NCBI RefSeq assembly: GCF_008065095.1
Contig: NZ_CP042911.1
Coordinates: forward strand, 7,230,001-7,262,000
Direction: 5' to 3'
DNA: 32,000 nucleotides
From: Gemmata obscuriglobus
Lineage (GTDB): Bacteria > Planctomycetota > Planctomycetia > Gemmatales > Gemmataceae
Of this stretch, positions 15,809 through 26,439 are shown piece after piece. Below the pieces are notes generated by a model that was given only the letters and a program-made list of their open reading frames with translations, was not told the DNA's origin and did not search any database. Numbering within the stretch: the stretch's first letter is position 1; each line of letters opens with the position of its first letter. The translations under genes were made by a program, and so were the position numbers.

Positions 15809-17002
15809 CTATTCCGCAACGAGTCGGGCGGCACCCCAGTTCACGTCGGCTTGCACGTCGCCGGTGGGGCCGAAGTCGACTACGAGCGTCAACTCCTTCG
15901 CCCCGCGCACGTCCACCTTCACCGGAACCGCGTTCCCGGCCGTGAGTACCTTCAGTTCCGGCAGCGGCACCTCTTTACCGTCCACGCGAATGCGGACATC
16001 GGCACGCCCGCGTCTGCCCGTGACCGTGTCGAGCCCAACGAGCGACTCGAACCGTATGTACTTCCCCGCGAGGTCGTAAGTGAGAACCGTTTTCGGGTGG
16101 GTGCCGAGCCCTTTGTCGAACGTGTTCTCGTCGTCGCCGAGCCTCAGGCGTAACGGCTGACCGCGAACGGACCGATCGGCCGCCCAGTCCCACGCCGTAC
16201 CCAAGAAGGCGACCGTGTCCGCTTTCGCCGGTTTCAGGTCTGAAAGGTAAGTCGCGGTTCCCTGCAGCACGTGGAGCGCGACGATCTGAGCGAGCTTCAC
16301 TTCGAACGCAGGCCCGCACACCGCCTTGCACACAAGTGTGCGGTCCTTCACCGCCGCCTCCGACACAGCGAGCCTCGTTCCGTCGGTCAGAACGAGGTGC
16401 GCGAACGGTCCCTTCGGCTTACGGGCGCGCACCAGACGCGGGTTGAACCCGATCGCCGTGAGATCAACGAACGGGACTTCGCGGGCTGCGCCGGCGTCCG
16501 TCGTAAACTTGACGCCCTGCTCCGTAAACCCGGTGATCGAGCCGCGGGCCGTATCGCCGTTGCGGTACAGTAACGCGTCACGCGGCGCTGGGCCGGTGAG
16601 CCATGCGTACTTGGCGGGGTCGGGAGGCGAGTCCGCGGGCGGCGGGCGGAGCCAGACCGCTGCAACCATATCCGCCGTAACGTGCCAGTCATCGGAGCTG
16701 GTCGCGTGGCGGAAGCGGAGCTGCTTCGCATCGCCACCACTAAACGTGCCCGGGATGCGGTCGCCGACCGCGGTCACGAGGTGCGCACCGTTCGGGAAGG
16801 GAGGCAGGGGACGACCGACCTGCCGCAGCGAGACCAACCCCTTTACGGTTTTCGGGCCGTCGGCGGTCGACACCTGCGCGCCGAGGGCGAACGAAATGGC
16901 GGCGAGCTTTCCGGTCGGGGTATCGGCGCCAGTGCCGCTCGCGGTGAACTCGGGTTGATCCGGCGGGGCGCCGAGGACGGCGGTGAGGAGCAGCGGTAAC
17001 AT
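15809..17002 (-). CDS. Secreted protein with a C-terminal NPCBM/NEW2 (GH98-associated carbohydrate-binding-like) domain
   Basis: The C-terminal ~150 aa (YLSDLKPAKADTVAFLGTAWDWAADRSVRGQPLRL...FDKGLGTHPKTVLTYDL...DVRIRVDGKEV...ELTLVVDFGPTGDVQADVNWGAARLV) match the NPCBM pattern. The N-terminus is a short hydrophobic signal-like segment. Confidence 0.8.
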   Translation of the reverse strand: MLPLLLTAVLGAPPDQPEFTASGTGADTPTGKLAAISFALGAQVSTADGPKTVKGLVSLRQVGRPLPPFPNGAHLVTAVGDRIPGTFSGGDAKQLRFRHATSSDDWHVTADMVAAVWLRPPPADSPPDPAKYAWLTGPAPRDALLYRNGDTARGSITGFTEQGVKFTTDAGAAREVPFVDLTAIGFNPRLVRARKPKGPFAHLVLTDGTRLAVSEAAVKDRTLVCKAVCGPAFEVKLAQIVALHVLQGTATYLSDLKPAKADTVAFLGTAWDWAADRSVRGQPLRLRLGDDENTFDKGLGTHPKTVLTYDLAGKYIRFESLVGLDTVTGRRGRADVRIRVDGKEVPLPELKVLTAGNAVPVKVDVRGAKELTLVVDFGPTGDVQADVNWGAARLVAE

Positions 17003-17095
17003 CTTCGCCCCCCGGCGAATCTTCAGGACCGGAATCGCGGTGATTCACTGTGGAACGTGACACAACCCGCGTTCCGGGAGTGTCACCACCGGCGC

Positions 17096-17731
17096 TCAGC
17101 GCAGCAGTTCACGCACCCGGTCTTTCAATCGCTCGAGTCCCGCTTCGAAACGCTGCTTCCCGTCAGGAAACTCATCGTTCGGGAGCCCTTCGTACATCGC
17201 CCGGATCACGCCGTCCCGGTCCACCACCACGAGCCGCGTGCTGTGGCCGAACTCGTCGCCCTCTTTCACGTCCGGACCGAGCTTTCGCTCCACCGCTTGC
17301 TTGAACTGGTCCTGAAGCAGTCGGTGAATGGTCTTCTCATCGCCGGTCAGGAACAGCCAGTTATTGGGGTCGGCCTTGCGCGCGTTGGCGTACTCGTTGA
17401 GCGCCTTCAGGTCGTCGCGTGCGGGGTCCACCGTGAACGTGACGAGCTTCAGCTTTCCGCCGCGGAGTTCTTCGGCGAGTTCGGTCTGGAGCCGCTGCAT
17501 GGACGAAGTGACGGCCGGGCACGGCCCGTTGCACCGGGTGAAGATGAACGACCCGATCCACACCTTCCCGCGCAGGTCGCGGTCGGTAACGGTGGCGCTG
17601 CAGCGTTCGGTGAGCACGAACTCACCCACCGGGTACTCGAGGTCCGGCTCTTTCGCCGGTTGGCTGGGGGACGAGAGCGAACCGCAGCCCGCCAGAACCA
17701 GTGCGAAGAGCGGCACGGTGCGACGCGTCAT
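17096..17731 (-). CDS. SCO1/SenC-family copper chaperone, lipoprotein
   Basis: MTRRTVPLFALVLAGCGS lipobox. Thioredoxin-fold CxxxC motif FTRCNGPCP. Conserved distal His in GHSTRLVVVD. ATG 17731 has GAGG 5 nt upstream. An alternative GTG at 17737 would overlap the ctaB stop as GTGA. Confidence 0.85.
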   Translation of the reverse strand: MTRRTVPLFALVLAGCGSLSSPSQPAKEPDLEYPVGEFVLTERCSATVTDRDLRGKVWIGSFIFTRCNGPCPAVTSSMQRLQTELAEELRGGKLKLVTFTVDPARDDLKALNEYANARKADPNNWLFLTGDEKTIHRLLQDQFKQAVERKLGPDVKEGDEFGHSTRLVVVDRDGVIRAMYEGLPNDEFPDGKQRFEAGLERLKDRVRELLR

Positions 17732-17733
17732 AT

Positions 17734-18702
17734 TCACCTCACCAGGAGGACATCGATCATGAGCAGCGCGAACACGCCCGGGAGGTAGAACAGCGACGAG
17801 AGCAGCACCCTACGGGCCTTGCGGTCGGTGCGGTCGAGGGCGAACTCGACGGTCCGGCGGAGGAACGAGAGGGCGAACAGAACCGCGCCCACGCCGAACA
17901 GCCAACCGCCCAGCCCGGCGAGCGGGACCAGCACCGCCAGCGGGAGCAGCGCGGCGGCCGTAACGACCATCGCGAACGCCGTCAGTTTGCCCGTCGGGTC
18001 GGACCCGGGGAGCATCTTCAGCCCGCCGGCGGCGTAGTCCGCGCGGTACATCCAGGCGATCGCGAGGAAGTGCGGGAGTTGCCACAGGAACAGGATCGCG
18101 AACAGCGCCGCCGCCCCTTCCCACTCGGCCCCGCCGCTCCAGCCCTGCGCGGCGTACCACCCGATCACGGGCGGCAGCGCACCGGGAACAGCGCCCACGA
18201 CCGTGTTCCACACGGTCCACGTCTTCATCGGTGTGTAGACGAACGCGTAAGCGATGAACGTGAGAGCCGCCGCGACGGTCGCCGCAGCGCCCGCAGTTGC
18301 CGCGAGGTACGCCAGCCCCGCGCCCGCGAGCCCGGCGCCGACCGCGGCCACTTCCTCGGGCGTCAGCCGCCCCGACGGGAGGGGCCGTTTCCGGGTGCGG
18401 CGCATCTTGGCGTCGATGCGCCGCTCGAAGAGCTGGTTCAGCGCGCTGCCGCCGGCCGCGACCAGGCCGGCGCCGATCAGCGTGTGGAGCAGCGTGCGCC
18501 ACTCGGCGTTGCCGCCCGCGGCGAGCAGGTATCCGGCGCCGACGGTGAACAGCGCCATCACCGCGATTTTGGGCTTGGTCAGTTCGACGTAATCGGCGAG
18601 GCGTGATGGGGCGTGAGCTTTCGGCGCGGCGACACCGGCGCCCGCTCCGCTGCCGAGCGGGTTCAGCGTGTCGGCTTCGCCGGTCAACGTCACCTTCATC
18701 AT
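17734..18702 (-). CDS. ctaB: Protohaem IX farnesyltransferase (haem O synthase)
   Basis: YVELTKPKIAVMALFTVGAGYLLA, NQLFERRIDAKMRRTRKRPLPSGRL and WQLPHFLAIAWMYRADY are UbiA-family CtaB/CyoE motifs. Inner ATG ATG at 18702/18699 with GGAG upstream. The track start at 19005 overlaps ctaA and is Arg/Gly-rich. Confidence 0.9.
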   Translation of the reverse strand: MMKVTLTGEADTLNPLGSGAGAGVAAPKAHAPSRLADYVELTKPKIAVMALFTVGAGYLLAAGGNAEWRTLLHTLIGAGLVAAGGSALNQLFERRIDAKMRRTRKRPLPSGRLTPEEVAAVGAGLAGAGLAYLAATAGAAATVAAALTFIAYAFVYTPMKTWTVWNTVVGAVPGALPPVIGWYAAQGWSGGAEWEGAAALFAILFLWQLPHFLAIAWMYRADYAAGGLKMLPGSDPTGKLTAFAMVVTAAALLPLAVLVPLAGLGGWLFGVGAVLFALSFLRRTVEFALDRTDRKARRVLLSSLFYLPGVFALLMIDVLLVR

Positions 18703-18785
18703 CGCGCGTCTCCGCGGAAGTGTGTTTTGACCGATTCCGCTGTGCCGGGCGTGCGCATGCGCCGGGGCAACGAAATCGTGATAGT

Positions 18786-19913
18786 TCAATGTACAATTTC
18801 GCTCGTTCGCCGGCCGCCGAGCCGCAGCGCCAGAGCCAGCGCCGCGGCCCACACGCCGCTCCCCACGAGCGCGTGGAGCGTGCGAATCGCGCCACCCTCC
18901 GGCGTGACCGGGACCAACTCCGGCAGCATGTACGCGCCGAACTTGGCGAGCCAGGCTTCGATTCCGAGATACAGTTGTACCACCAGTAGCGCCGCCAGCA
19001 CCCACGTTACGCCGCGAGCCCGTGTCAGGGCCGCCACATCAACCAGTACAGCCCGCAGCACCCACACCGCGAGGCCCGTCGCGAGGAACGCGGTCGCGAA
19101 GTGCAGCCGCTGCGACAGCGGCACCGGGTAGTGCCGCACCATGGCCCCGAACGCGACCTGCACGAACACAACGACCGCCAGCACCGAAGCCCACCGCCCG
19201 AGCCGGCGCGTACTCGTTCCGATCTCGGGAGTCTGGCGCGAGGTCAGCACCGCAACCGCCGTGAGCAGCCCCAACACCACCTGCGCGAAGATCCCGTGGA
19301 ACGCGGCCAGGTCGGCGCCCACCAGTTCGTTGAGCTTCACCCGGAACCCGCCGAGCAGTCCCTGAATCATCACCGCGACAAGCGACAAACTCCCCAGTAA
19401 GCGAACGGACGCACCGGGGGTGCGTGCCAACAGGCCGAACACCGCGACAGCGACCATGTTTGCCGCGCCGATCGTCGCGACCGCGGCCGCACCGGCCGGG
19501 ATCGTCACCTCCGCCGCCGGCGTGCTGTGCTGCGTCCGCAATCCGCGGTGGAACTCGCTGTAGCCCGCGATCAGCACGAACGCGCCGCCGAGTGCCCACC
19601 AGCGGGCCACCTTTCGCGGCTCGGTCCACCACAGCCCGCCGGTCAGCACGATCACGACGCCGCCGATGGTCCAGCCCGCGATCCGGTGCGAGTGCTCCAG
19701 GAAGAACGCGTAGTCCTTGCGGAACCGCTCTTTTTCGGCCTCGGTTGCGGTGTGGAACACGTACCACGGCTCAGTGGGCCAGACGGGGTCGGCCATGCCC
19801 GCGCCGAAGCTGGTAACGAGTTGCCCGATGGCGAGCAGGACGAGTGTGGCGAGCACCGCCAGCACCGCCCATACGTGTAACCACCGCGGAACGGGACGGA
19901 TGAAATCGGTCAT
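18786..19913 (-). CDS. ctaA: Haem A synthase (COX15/CtaA family)
   Basis: Polytopic membrane protein with His-containing helices (FLEHSHRIAGW, AAFHGIFAQV, RLHFATAFLA, TLHALVGSG), placed between the oxidase genes and ctaB. The start is ambiguous: ATG 19913 or GTG 19943. Confidence 0.8.
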   Translation of the reverse strand: MTDFIRPVPRWLHVWAVLAVLATLVLLAIGQLVTSFGAGMADPVWPTEPWYVFHTATEAEKERFRKDYAFFLEHSHRIAGWTIGGVVIVLTGGLWWTEPRKVARWWALGGAFVLIAGYSEFHRGLRTQHSTPAAEVTIPAGAAAVATIGAANMVAVAVFGLLARTPGASVRLLGSLSLVAVMIQGLLGGFRVKLNELVGADLAAFHGIFAQVVLGLLTAVAVLTSRQTPEIGTSTRRLGRWASVLAVVVFVQVAFGAMVRHYPVPLSQRLHFATAFLATGLAVWVLRAVLVDVAALTRARGVTWVLAALLVVQLYLGIEAWLAKFGAYMLPELVPVTPEGGAIRTLHALVGSGVWAAALALALRLGGRRTSEIVH

Positions 19914-19976
19914 CGGTGAAACGCCTGGGAGCGCATTGAGCACACGGCCCGGCGGGGCGGCCCCGGGCGGTGATTC

Positions 19977-21152
19977 TTATTTCGGGTAGACGGTGCCGCG
20001 CACGTCCTCGGGCAGCTTGCCCGGGTACGGTAATGACCGCACGAGCCGCACCAGATCCCACACCTGCCGGTCGGTGTATTCCGGGTGCGCCGGCATCCCA
20101 ACGGCCGGGACGCCGAACCGAACGCGGGCGAACACGTCCTCGGGCCGGGAACCGGCCTTCAGCGTCGTGTCGGTGAGGTTCGCCGGCTTGGCAACCGTGC
20201 CCCACACCTCGTATCGCAGAACCGGTTTGCGTCCGAACTCGCCGTGGCAGCTCACGCACGAATTGTCCGCCTTCGCGGTGAACAGCGCGAGCCCGCGCCG
20301 AACCGCCTCCTGATACTTCGGCGCGCCGGGTTCCCCGTCGTCCGGTTCGGCGGGCAGTGCCGCCGCCGCTTCGGCCTGCTCCCACTCTGCGAGCACGGTT
20401 TTGACGCGCGCCGCGTGATCGTCCGCACGCCCCTCCGCTAAAGCCCGGAGCCCCTCGAACTCGACCTGCCCGCGCACCGCGAGGTACGTAACGTATCCGG
20501 CCAACAGGTCCCGCTCGCCCTCATGAAGCCGGGCGAACGACGGCATCGGCGTGGCCGCGAGCCCGTCCGTGATCACGCGAACGAGATCGGCGCGGCGTGG
20601 CTTCCCGCTCGCGTTGCCCGTCACGAACTTGAAGACGCCTTGGCGGTAGTCTCGGGGGAACGGGATCGTCGCGCTGGATGTCCCTCGACCATCGCCCGCA
20701 AGGTTGTGACACTGCTGACACTTCGCACGGAACAGCTTGCCACCTTCGGCGAGGTGCGCGGCCGTCAGTTTGAGGCGGGCCACGGCTTCACCCTCGGCTA
20801 CAACCGTCGGGGCCGCGGGCGTGCCGAACGTGGTCTTGAGGAACGCCTCGACCTTCGCCCGCTCGTCAGCCGGGAGCCCGACCGGGTCCGCGGTTTTGCC
20901 GCCCAACGAATCAAGAGCGGCGATCTCGTCGTTGCGACGATTCGGGTCGTTGACCGCCGCCGCGGGTTTGTCCGGCAGTTTCAGCACGAGCCGGTCGGCG
21001 CGCGAAGGGAACGTGAAGTTCGGTGGGTACTCGGGTTGTTTCCCGCAACCGGCGGTGAGGGCGATTAAAAGCACCGGGGCGAGGGCCGCCACGGGCAGCG
21101 CGGCACGTGCCGCGACCCGAAACCGCCCCCGCCCCGTGTGTCGAGCCGTCAT
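19977..21152 (-). CDS. Dihaem c-type cytochrome, lipoprotein
   Basis: Signal plus lipobox LLIALTAGCGK. Two CxxCH motifs (CQQCHN, CVSCHG), each followed by a Met-containing segment (ATPMPSF, VGMPAHP). GGAAGGA lies upstream of ATG 21152. Confidence 0.85.
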   Translation of the reverse strand: MTARHTGRGRFRVAARAALPVAALAPVLLIALTAGCGKQPEYPPNFTFPSRADRLVLKLPDKPAAAVNDPNRRNDEIAALDSLGGKTADPVGLPADERAKVEAFLKTTFGTPAAPTVVAEGEAVARLKLTAAHLAEGGKLFRAKCQQCHNLAGDGRGTSSATIPFPRDYRQGVFKFVTGNASGKPRRADLVRVITDGLAATPMPSFARLHEGERDLLAGYVTYLAVRGQVEFEGLRALAEGRADDHAARVKTVLAEWEQAEAAAALPAEPDDGEPGAPKYQEAVRRGLALFTAKADNSCVSCHGEFGRKPVLRYEVWGTVAKPANLTDTTLKAGSRPEDVFARVRFGVPAVGMPAHPEYTDRQVWDLVRLVRSLPYPGKLPEDVRGTVYPK

Positions 21153-21173
21153 CGGAATCCGGTCCTTCCGGCG

Positions 21174-21515
21174 TCAGCCGGTCACAACATACTGGCGGGT
21201 CATGTAGTCGCCCAGGAACAGGACGAACATGATCCCCATCCAGAACAGCGAGGACAGCGCGGTGAGGATCACCACCTTGTCGCCGTGCCGGAGGTGCATG
21301 AAGTAGTATGCCACCAGGCCGGCCTGGATGGTGCCGATCAGCAACTGCATCGGCAGCGTGAACTTGCCCGGCCCGATGCTGGTCGAGAGGCCGATGTTCG
21401 CGAGCGAGAGCGCCACCACGGCGGCGAAAACGGTCAGCAGGAGTCCGGTGCCGTCCGCGCTGGCGCGGATGCCGTGCGGGTCGCTCGGGTCGGCGGACGT
21501 GTTCGGGTGCGACAT
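21174..21515 (-). CDS. ctaF: Cytochrome c oxidase subunit IV (small bacterial caa3-type subunit, 3 TM)
   Basis: 113 aa with three hydrophobic helices and the YYFMHLRH motif typical of the prokaryotic subunit IV family. Located after subunit III. Confidence 0.75.
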   Translation of the reverse strand: MSHPNTSADPSDPHGIRASADGTGLLLTVFAAVVALSLANIGLSTSIGPGKFTLPMQLLIGTIQAGLVAYYFMHLRHGDKVVILTALSSLFWMGIMFVLFLGDYMTRQYVVTG

Positions 21516-21557
21516 TGAAGAACCCCGGTCGGGATCGCGTGCGTGTTGTGAGGCGGA

Positions 21558-21620
21558 ACAAGGCTCTGCGCGGTCCCGCTGCTGGGCGGCTTACGGAGGG
21601 GGGACTGCGCAGAGCCTTGT
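21558..21620 (-). other. Intercistronic stem-loop between oxidase subunit III and IV genes
   Basis: acaaggctctgcgc (21558-21571) pairs with gcgcagagccttgt (21607-21620), 14 bp perfect. After one mismatch, gtccc/gggac adds 5 more bp. It lies in the 127-nt gap 21516-21642. Confidence 0.55.
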
Positions 21621-21642
21621 CCCCCCAATCGACATCGGAGCG

Positions 21643-22438
21643 TTAGTGGTGCGCCCCGGCGCCGGCCAGGTACAGCAGCGGCATCAGGAACAGCCAGATC
21701 GCGTCGACCAAGTGCCAGTAGAGGCTCACCACCTCGACGGTGCTGTAGTTCTCCGGCGGCACGGTCCCGCGCCACGCCTCCCACGCCACCCACAGGATGC
21801 ACCCGATCCCGATGATGATGTGGATGCCGTGGATGCCCGTCATGATGTAGTAGAAGCACAGGAACAGTTGCACCTTGCCCGGGTCCAGCGCGCCGTGGCC
21901 CACGCCCTCGCGGTTGTGCAGGGCGAGTTGCGCCGCCCAGTGCTGGATCTCGGGGTGCTTGTTCGCGTGGTTGTCCTTTACGAACTTAGCGGCGTCCGCG
22001 TCGCTCAGCGGAGCGAGCTTGGTCACAGCCTTGTCGTACTCGACCCGGAACGGCGCCCCGGCGACGTAACGCTCCTCGAAGTCGTTGTTGTACTCGAACC
22101 CCTTCACCACCATGAACGCGGACGCCAGCGCCGCGGTGATGAGCAGGTTCCGGATCACCGCCGCGCGGTCGCCCAGCTTGGCCGAGCGGATCGCCAGCGT
22201 GATCGTCAAGCTGCTGGTGATCAGCAGCATGGTGTTCACGGTCGCGAAGGTCCGGTTCAGGTACGAGCTCGCGAACACGAACTCCGCCGGATAGTACATC
22301 CGGTAAACGGTGTACGCCGCGAACAGCCCGCCGAAGAACAGGATCTCCGTCGTCAGGAACATCCAGATCCCCAGCCGCTCGCACGCGTGCTGCTGGCCGA
22401 GATCCTCGAAGTGGTGCTTGAGCACCGGTGAGTGGGTG

Positions 22439-22449
<11 letters not shown>
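21643..22449 (-). CDS. ctaE: Cytochrome c oxidase subunit III
   Basis: [48 protein letters not shown] and [17 protein letters not shown] are canonical subunit III blocks. The apparent TTG start at 22449 has AGGAG 7 nt upstream and overlaps the ctaD 3' end by 11 nt. An alternative GTG is at 22425. Confidence 0.88.
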
Positions 22450-24199
<1,750 letters not shown>

Positions 24200-25294
24200 T
24201 TACTTCTTCTCCGGCGAGGTCGTTCCGCGTTCGGTCGGCGTGGTCGGGGCCCCGACGGGCGGCGGGAACTGCTGGTTGTTCTTCGGCGTCTGGCCTCGGC
24301 CCAGCTTGCGAATGTACGCCACCAGGGCGTTCATCTCGTCGGCCGACACCTGGCTCTCGTCGTACGCCGGCATGATCTTCTCCCACCCCTCGACCTGCTT
24401 CAGGCGCGGGCGGCGGATCGACTCGATGATGTAGTGGTCGTCGGCGACCTCTTTGCCGCCCCCGGCGAGCGGGACGGTGCTGCCGTACAGCCCCTCCAGC
24501 ACCGGCGCCCGGGCCTTGGCGTCGGCGCTGTGGCAGTTGATGCACTGGAGCTTGAGGAAGAGCTGCTGGCCCTGCTGGGCGAGCGACCCGTCCACCGGGT
24601 TGTCGGAGCCCTGCAGCGGCTCGTAGCCCTGCAAGAACTTCCGGTACTCGTCCTCCTGCACCACCGCGATCTTGCCGACCATCAGCGAGTGCCACGTGCC
24701 GCAATACTGGTCGCAGTAAATGTGGTACTCGCCGAGCTTGGTGGGCTGGTACCACACGCTCGTGTACCGGCCGGGCAGCACGTCCACCTTCGAGCGGAAC
24801 GCGGGCACCCCGAAGTCGTGGATCACGTCCTCGGACGTCAGGGTCAGCTTCACCGGGCGGTTGATCGGCAGCACGAGCTTGCCGATCGAGTTGCGCTCGG
24901 CTTCGGTCATGTTGCGGGGGTTCCCGCCGATGATGACCCGCTGGCCGTTCGCGTACTGGGCCTTCCACATCCACTGCTTGCCGATGATGAACACCTCTTC
25001 GGCGTCGGCCGGCGCGTGGGTGTGGTGGTCGTACACCATCACGCCCCAGGCGTAGAAGGTGAGGAACACGAACAGCGGGATGATCGTCCAGGTCAGCTCG
25101 AGCCGGGTGGAGCCGAGGATGCGCGGCGTGGAGCCGGTCCCCTGCCCGCGGCGGTAGCGGACGCAGAAGTACGCGAGCGCGGCGTACACGCCGAGCCCCA
25201 CCAGGCCCATCGTGATGGACATGTACCAGAACAGGAACTCGAACTGGTCCGCCAGCGTGGAGGCCCGCTCGGGAACTAACGGCAACAGGTTCAT
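24200..25294 (-). CDS. ctaC: Cytochrome c oxidase subunit II with a fused C-terminal cytochrome c domain (caa3 type)
   Basis: Two N-terminal TM helices. CuA site HDFGVP...CDQYCGTWHSLM. C-terminal CINCH haem motif with IMPAY. The inner ATG 25294 overlaps the upstream sco stop (ATGA). The track start at 25666 is an Arg-rich over-extension. Confidence 0.92.
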   Translation of the reverse strand: MNLLPLVPERASTLADQFEFLFWYMSITMGLVGLGVYAALAYFCVRYRRGQGTGSTPRILGSTRLELTWTIIPLFVFLTFYAWGVMVYDHHTHAPADAEEVFIIGKQWMWKAQYANGQRVIIGGNPRNMTEAERNSIGKLVLPINRPVKLTLTSEDVIHDFGVPAFRSKVDVLPGRYTSVWYQPTKLGEYHIYCDQYCGTWHSLMVGKIAVVQEDEYRKFLQGYEPLQGSDNPVDGSLAQQGQQLFLKLQCINCHSADAKARAPVLEGLYGSTVPLAGGGKEVADDHYIIESIRRPRLKQVEGWEKIMPAYDESQVSADEMNALVAYIRKLGRGQTPKNNQQFPPPVGAPTTPTERGTTSPEKK

Positions 25295-26439
25295 GCGGTC
25301 CCCTCGGGGGGCAGTGTGGGATTCGAGCCGCCCGGCGCTGCCGCGGCGAGCCGCGCCCGCGAGCGGTGCCAGGCGTACAGCGCGCCGCCCGCAACGACGT
25401 AGTACGGCACCAACAATTTCGGAGACAGTTTCAGGGCCGCGTCGGGCGACGCGACAATGAGCGCGACCAGCCCGAAGAACGGCATAACGATCAGGCCCAG
25501 TACGTAAGGCACGGCGTCGCGGAGGAACACGCCGAGCAGTTTCTCGCGGTTCAGCGCCAGGAACACCCCGCCGACGACCAGCACCAGCGTCACGATGCCG
25601 CCGAGCTGGACCACCCGCAGCACGTTCAGCGAGTACCCCTGGTGCAGCCGGTCGTACCGGTAGCACAGCATCAGCACCCGTTCGGCGAGGGACCCGCCCT
25701 TCCCGTCGGCCGCTTCGAGCAGCGACAGCCTCAGGGTGGTCGTCGGCTGGGTCGTCTTACCGTTCGGGCCGACCACCTCGGGGCCTTCAACCGGGTACTC
25801 TTTGTCGTAACCGATGCCGTAGAAGTACCGCGTCACCTTCCCCTCCGGGGACAGGATGATGAGCGCGCTGGGGTGGTTGTACTCCTTCAGCATCTTGTCG
25901 AACTCGAACCGATACCCGACGCCGTCGAGCAGCACCTGGACCGCGTCCTTGGTGCCGGTCAGGAACCGCCACCCGTTCGCGGCCCGTTCGTCGCCGTACT
26001 CGCCCACGTAGGCGGCCTTCTTCTCCGTCGCCAGCCCGCCGTGCTCCTTCGGGTCCATGCTCACCGTGACGACGTTGAACTGCTGACCGACGAGGTAGTT
26101 GTGCTTCTCCCGCATGTCGCGAAGAGCCTTTACCAGGCCGTTCAGCACTTCGCTGCACAGCATCGGGCACCGGTAGTAGACCGGCACCAGAATCGTGGGC
26201 TTGCCGCCGATGCACTCGCGCAGGGTGACCGGTTTGTCGCCCTCGTCGCGGAACGCGACCTCGAGCGGCACCTGGGCGCCGATCATTTCGTCGATCCGCG
26301 CCTCGTACTTGTTGCTCCGCGGCCGGTCGTGATCGGGCACGACGCCGTCGGGACCGGCCGCAGCCGGCACCGGCAGCACGCACACAACCGCGAGAGCCGC
26401 GAGTACGGCAACGGGCGAGAATCGCGAACCGCGAATCAC
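25291..26439 (-). CDS. SCO1/SenC-family copper chaperone with a C-terminal polytopic membrane extension (382 aa)
   Basis: Signal/anchor MIRGSRFSPVAVLAALAVVCVL. CxxxC motif YYRCPMLCSE. Distal His in YNHPSALIILSPEG. Residues ~250-382 contain about 3 hydrophobic helices. The GTG start has GGGAGG 6 nt upstream and overlaps the upstream stop (GTGA). Confidence 0.85.
   Translation of the reverse strand: MIRGSRFSPVAVLAALAVVCVLPVPAAAGPDGVVPDHDRPRSNKYEARIDEMIGAQVPLEVAFRDEGDKPVTLRECIGGKPTILVPVYYRCPMLCSEVLNGLVKALRDMREKHNYLVGQQFNVVTVSMDPKEHGGLATEKKAAYVGEYGDERAANGWRFLTGTKDAVQVLLDGVGYRFEFDKMLKEYNHPSALIILSPEGKVTRYFYGIGYDKEYPVEGPEVVGPNGKTTQPTTTLRLSLLEAADGKGGSLAERVLMLCYRYDRLHQGYSLNVLRVVQLGGIVTLVLVVGGVFLALNREKLLGVFLRDAVPYVLGLIVMPFFGLVALIVASPDAALKLSPKLLVPYYVVAGGALYAWHRSRARLAAAAPGGSNPTLPPEGTA

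Noticed and set aside
18703-19005. Upstream extension of the ctaB ORF overlapping ctaA
   Set aside because: Arg/Gly-rich and overlaps the ctaA 3' end. The conserved CtaB sequence begins after ATG 18702, which has GGAG upstream.
25295-25666. N-terminal 124-codon extension of the subunit II ORF in the track
   Set aside because: The extension is Arg/Ala/Gly-rich, overlaps the 3' end of the sco gene, and precedes a much better start (ATG 25294, SD-like GAGGGGA, ATGA coupling, immediate TM helix).
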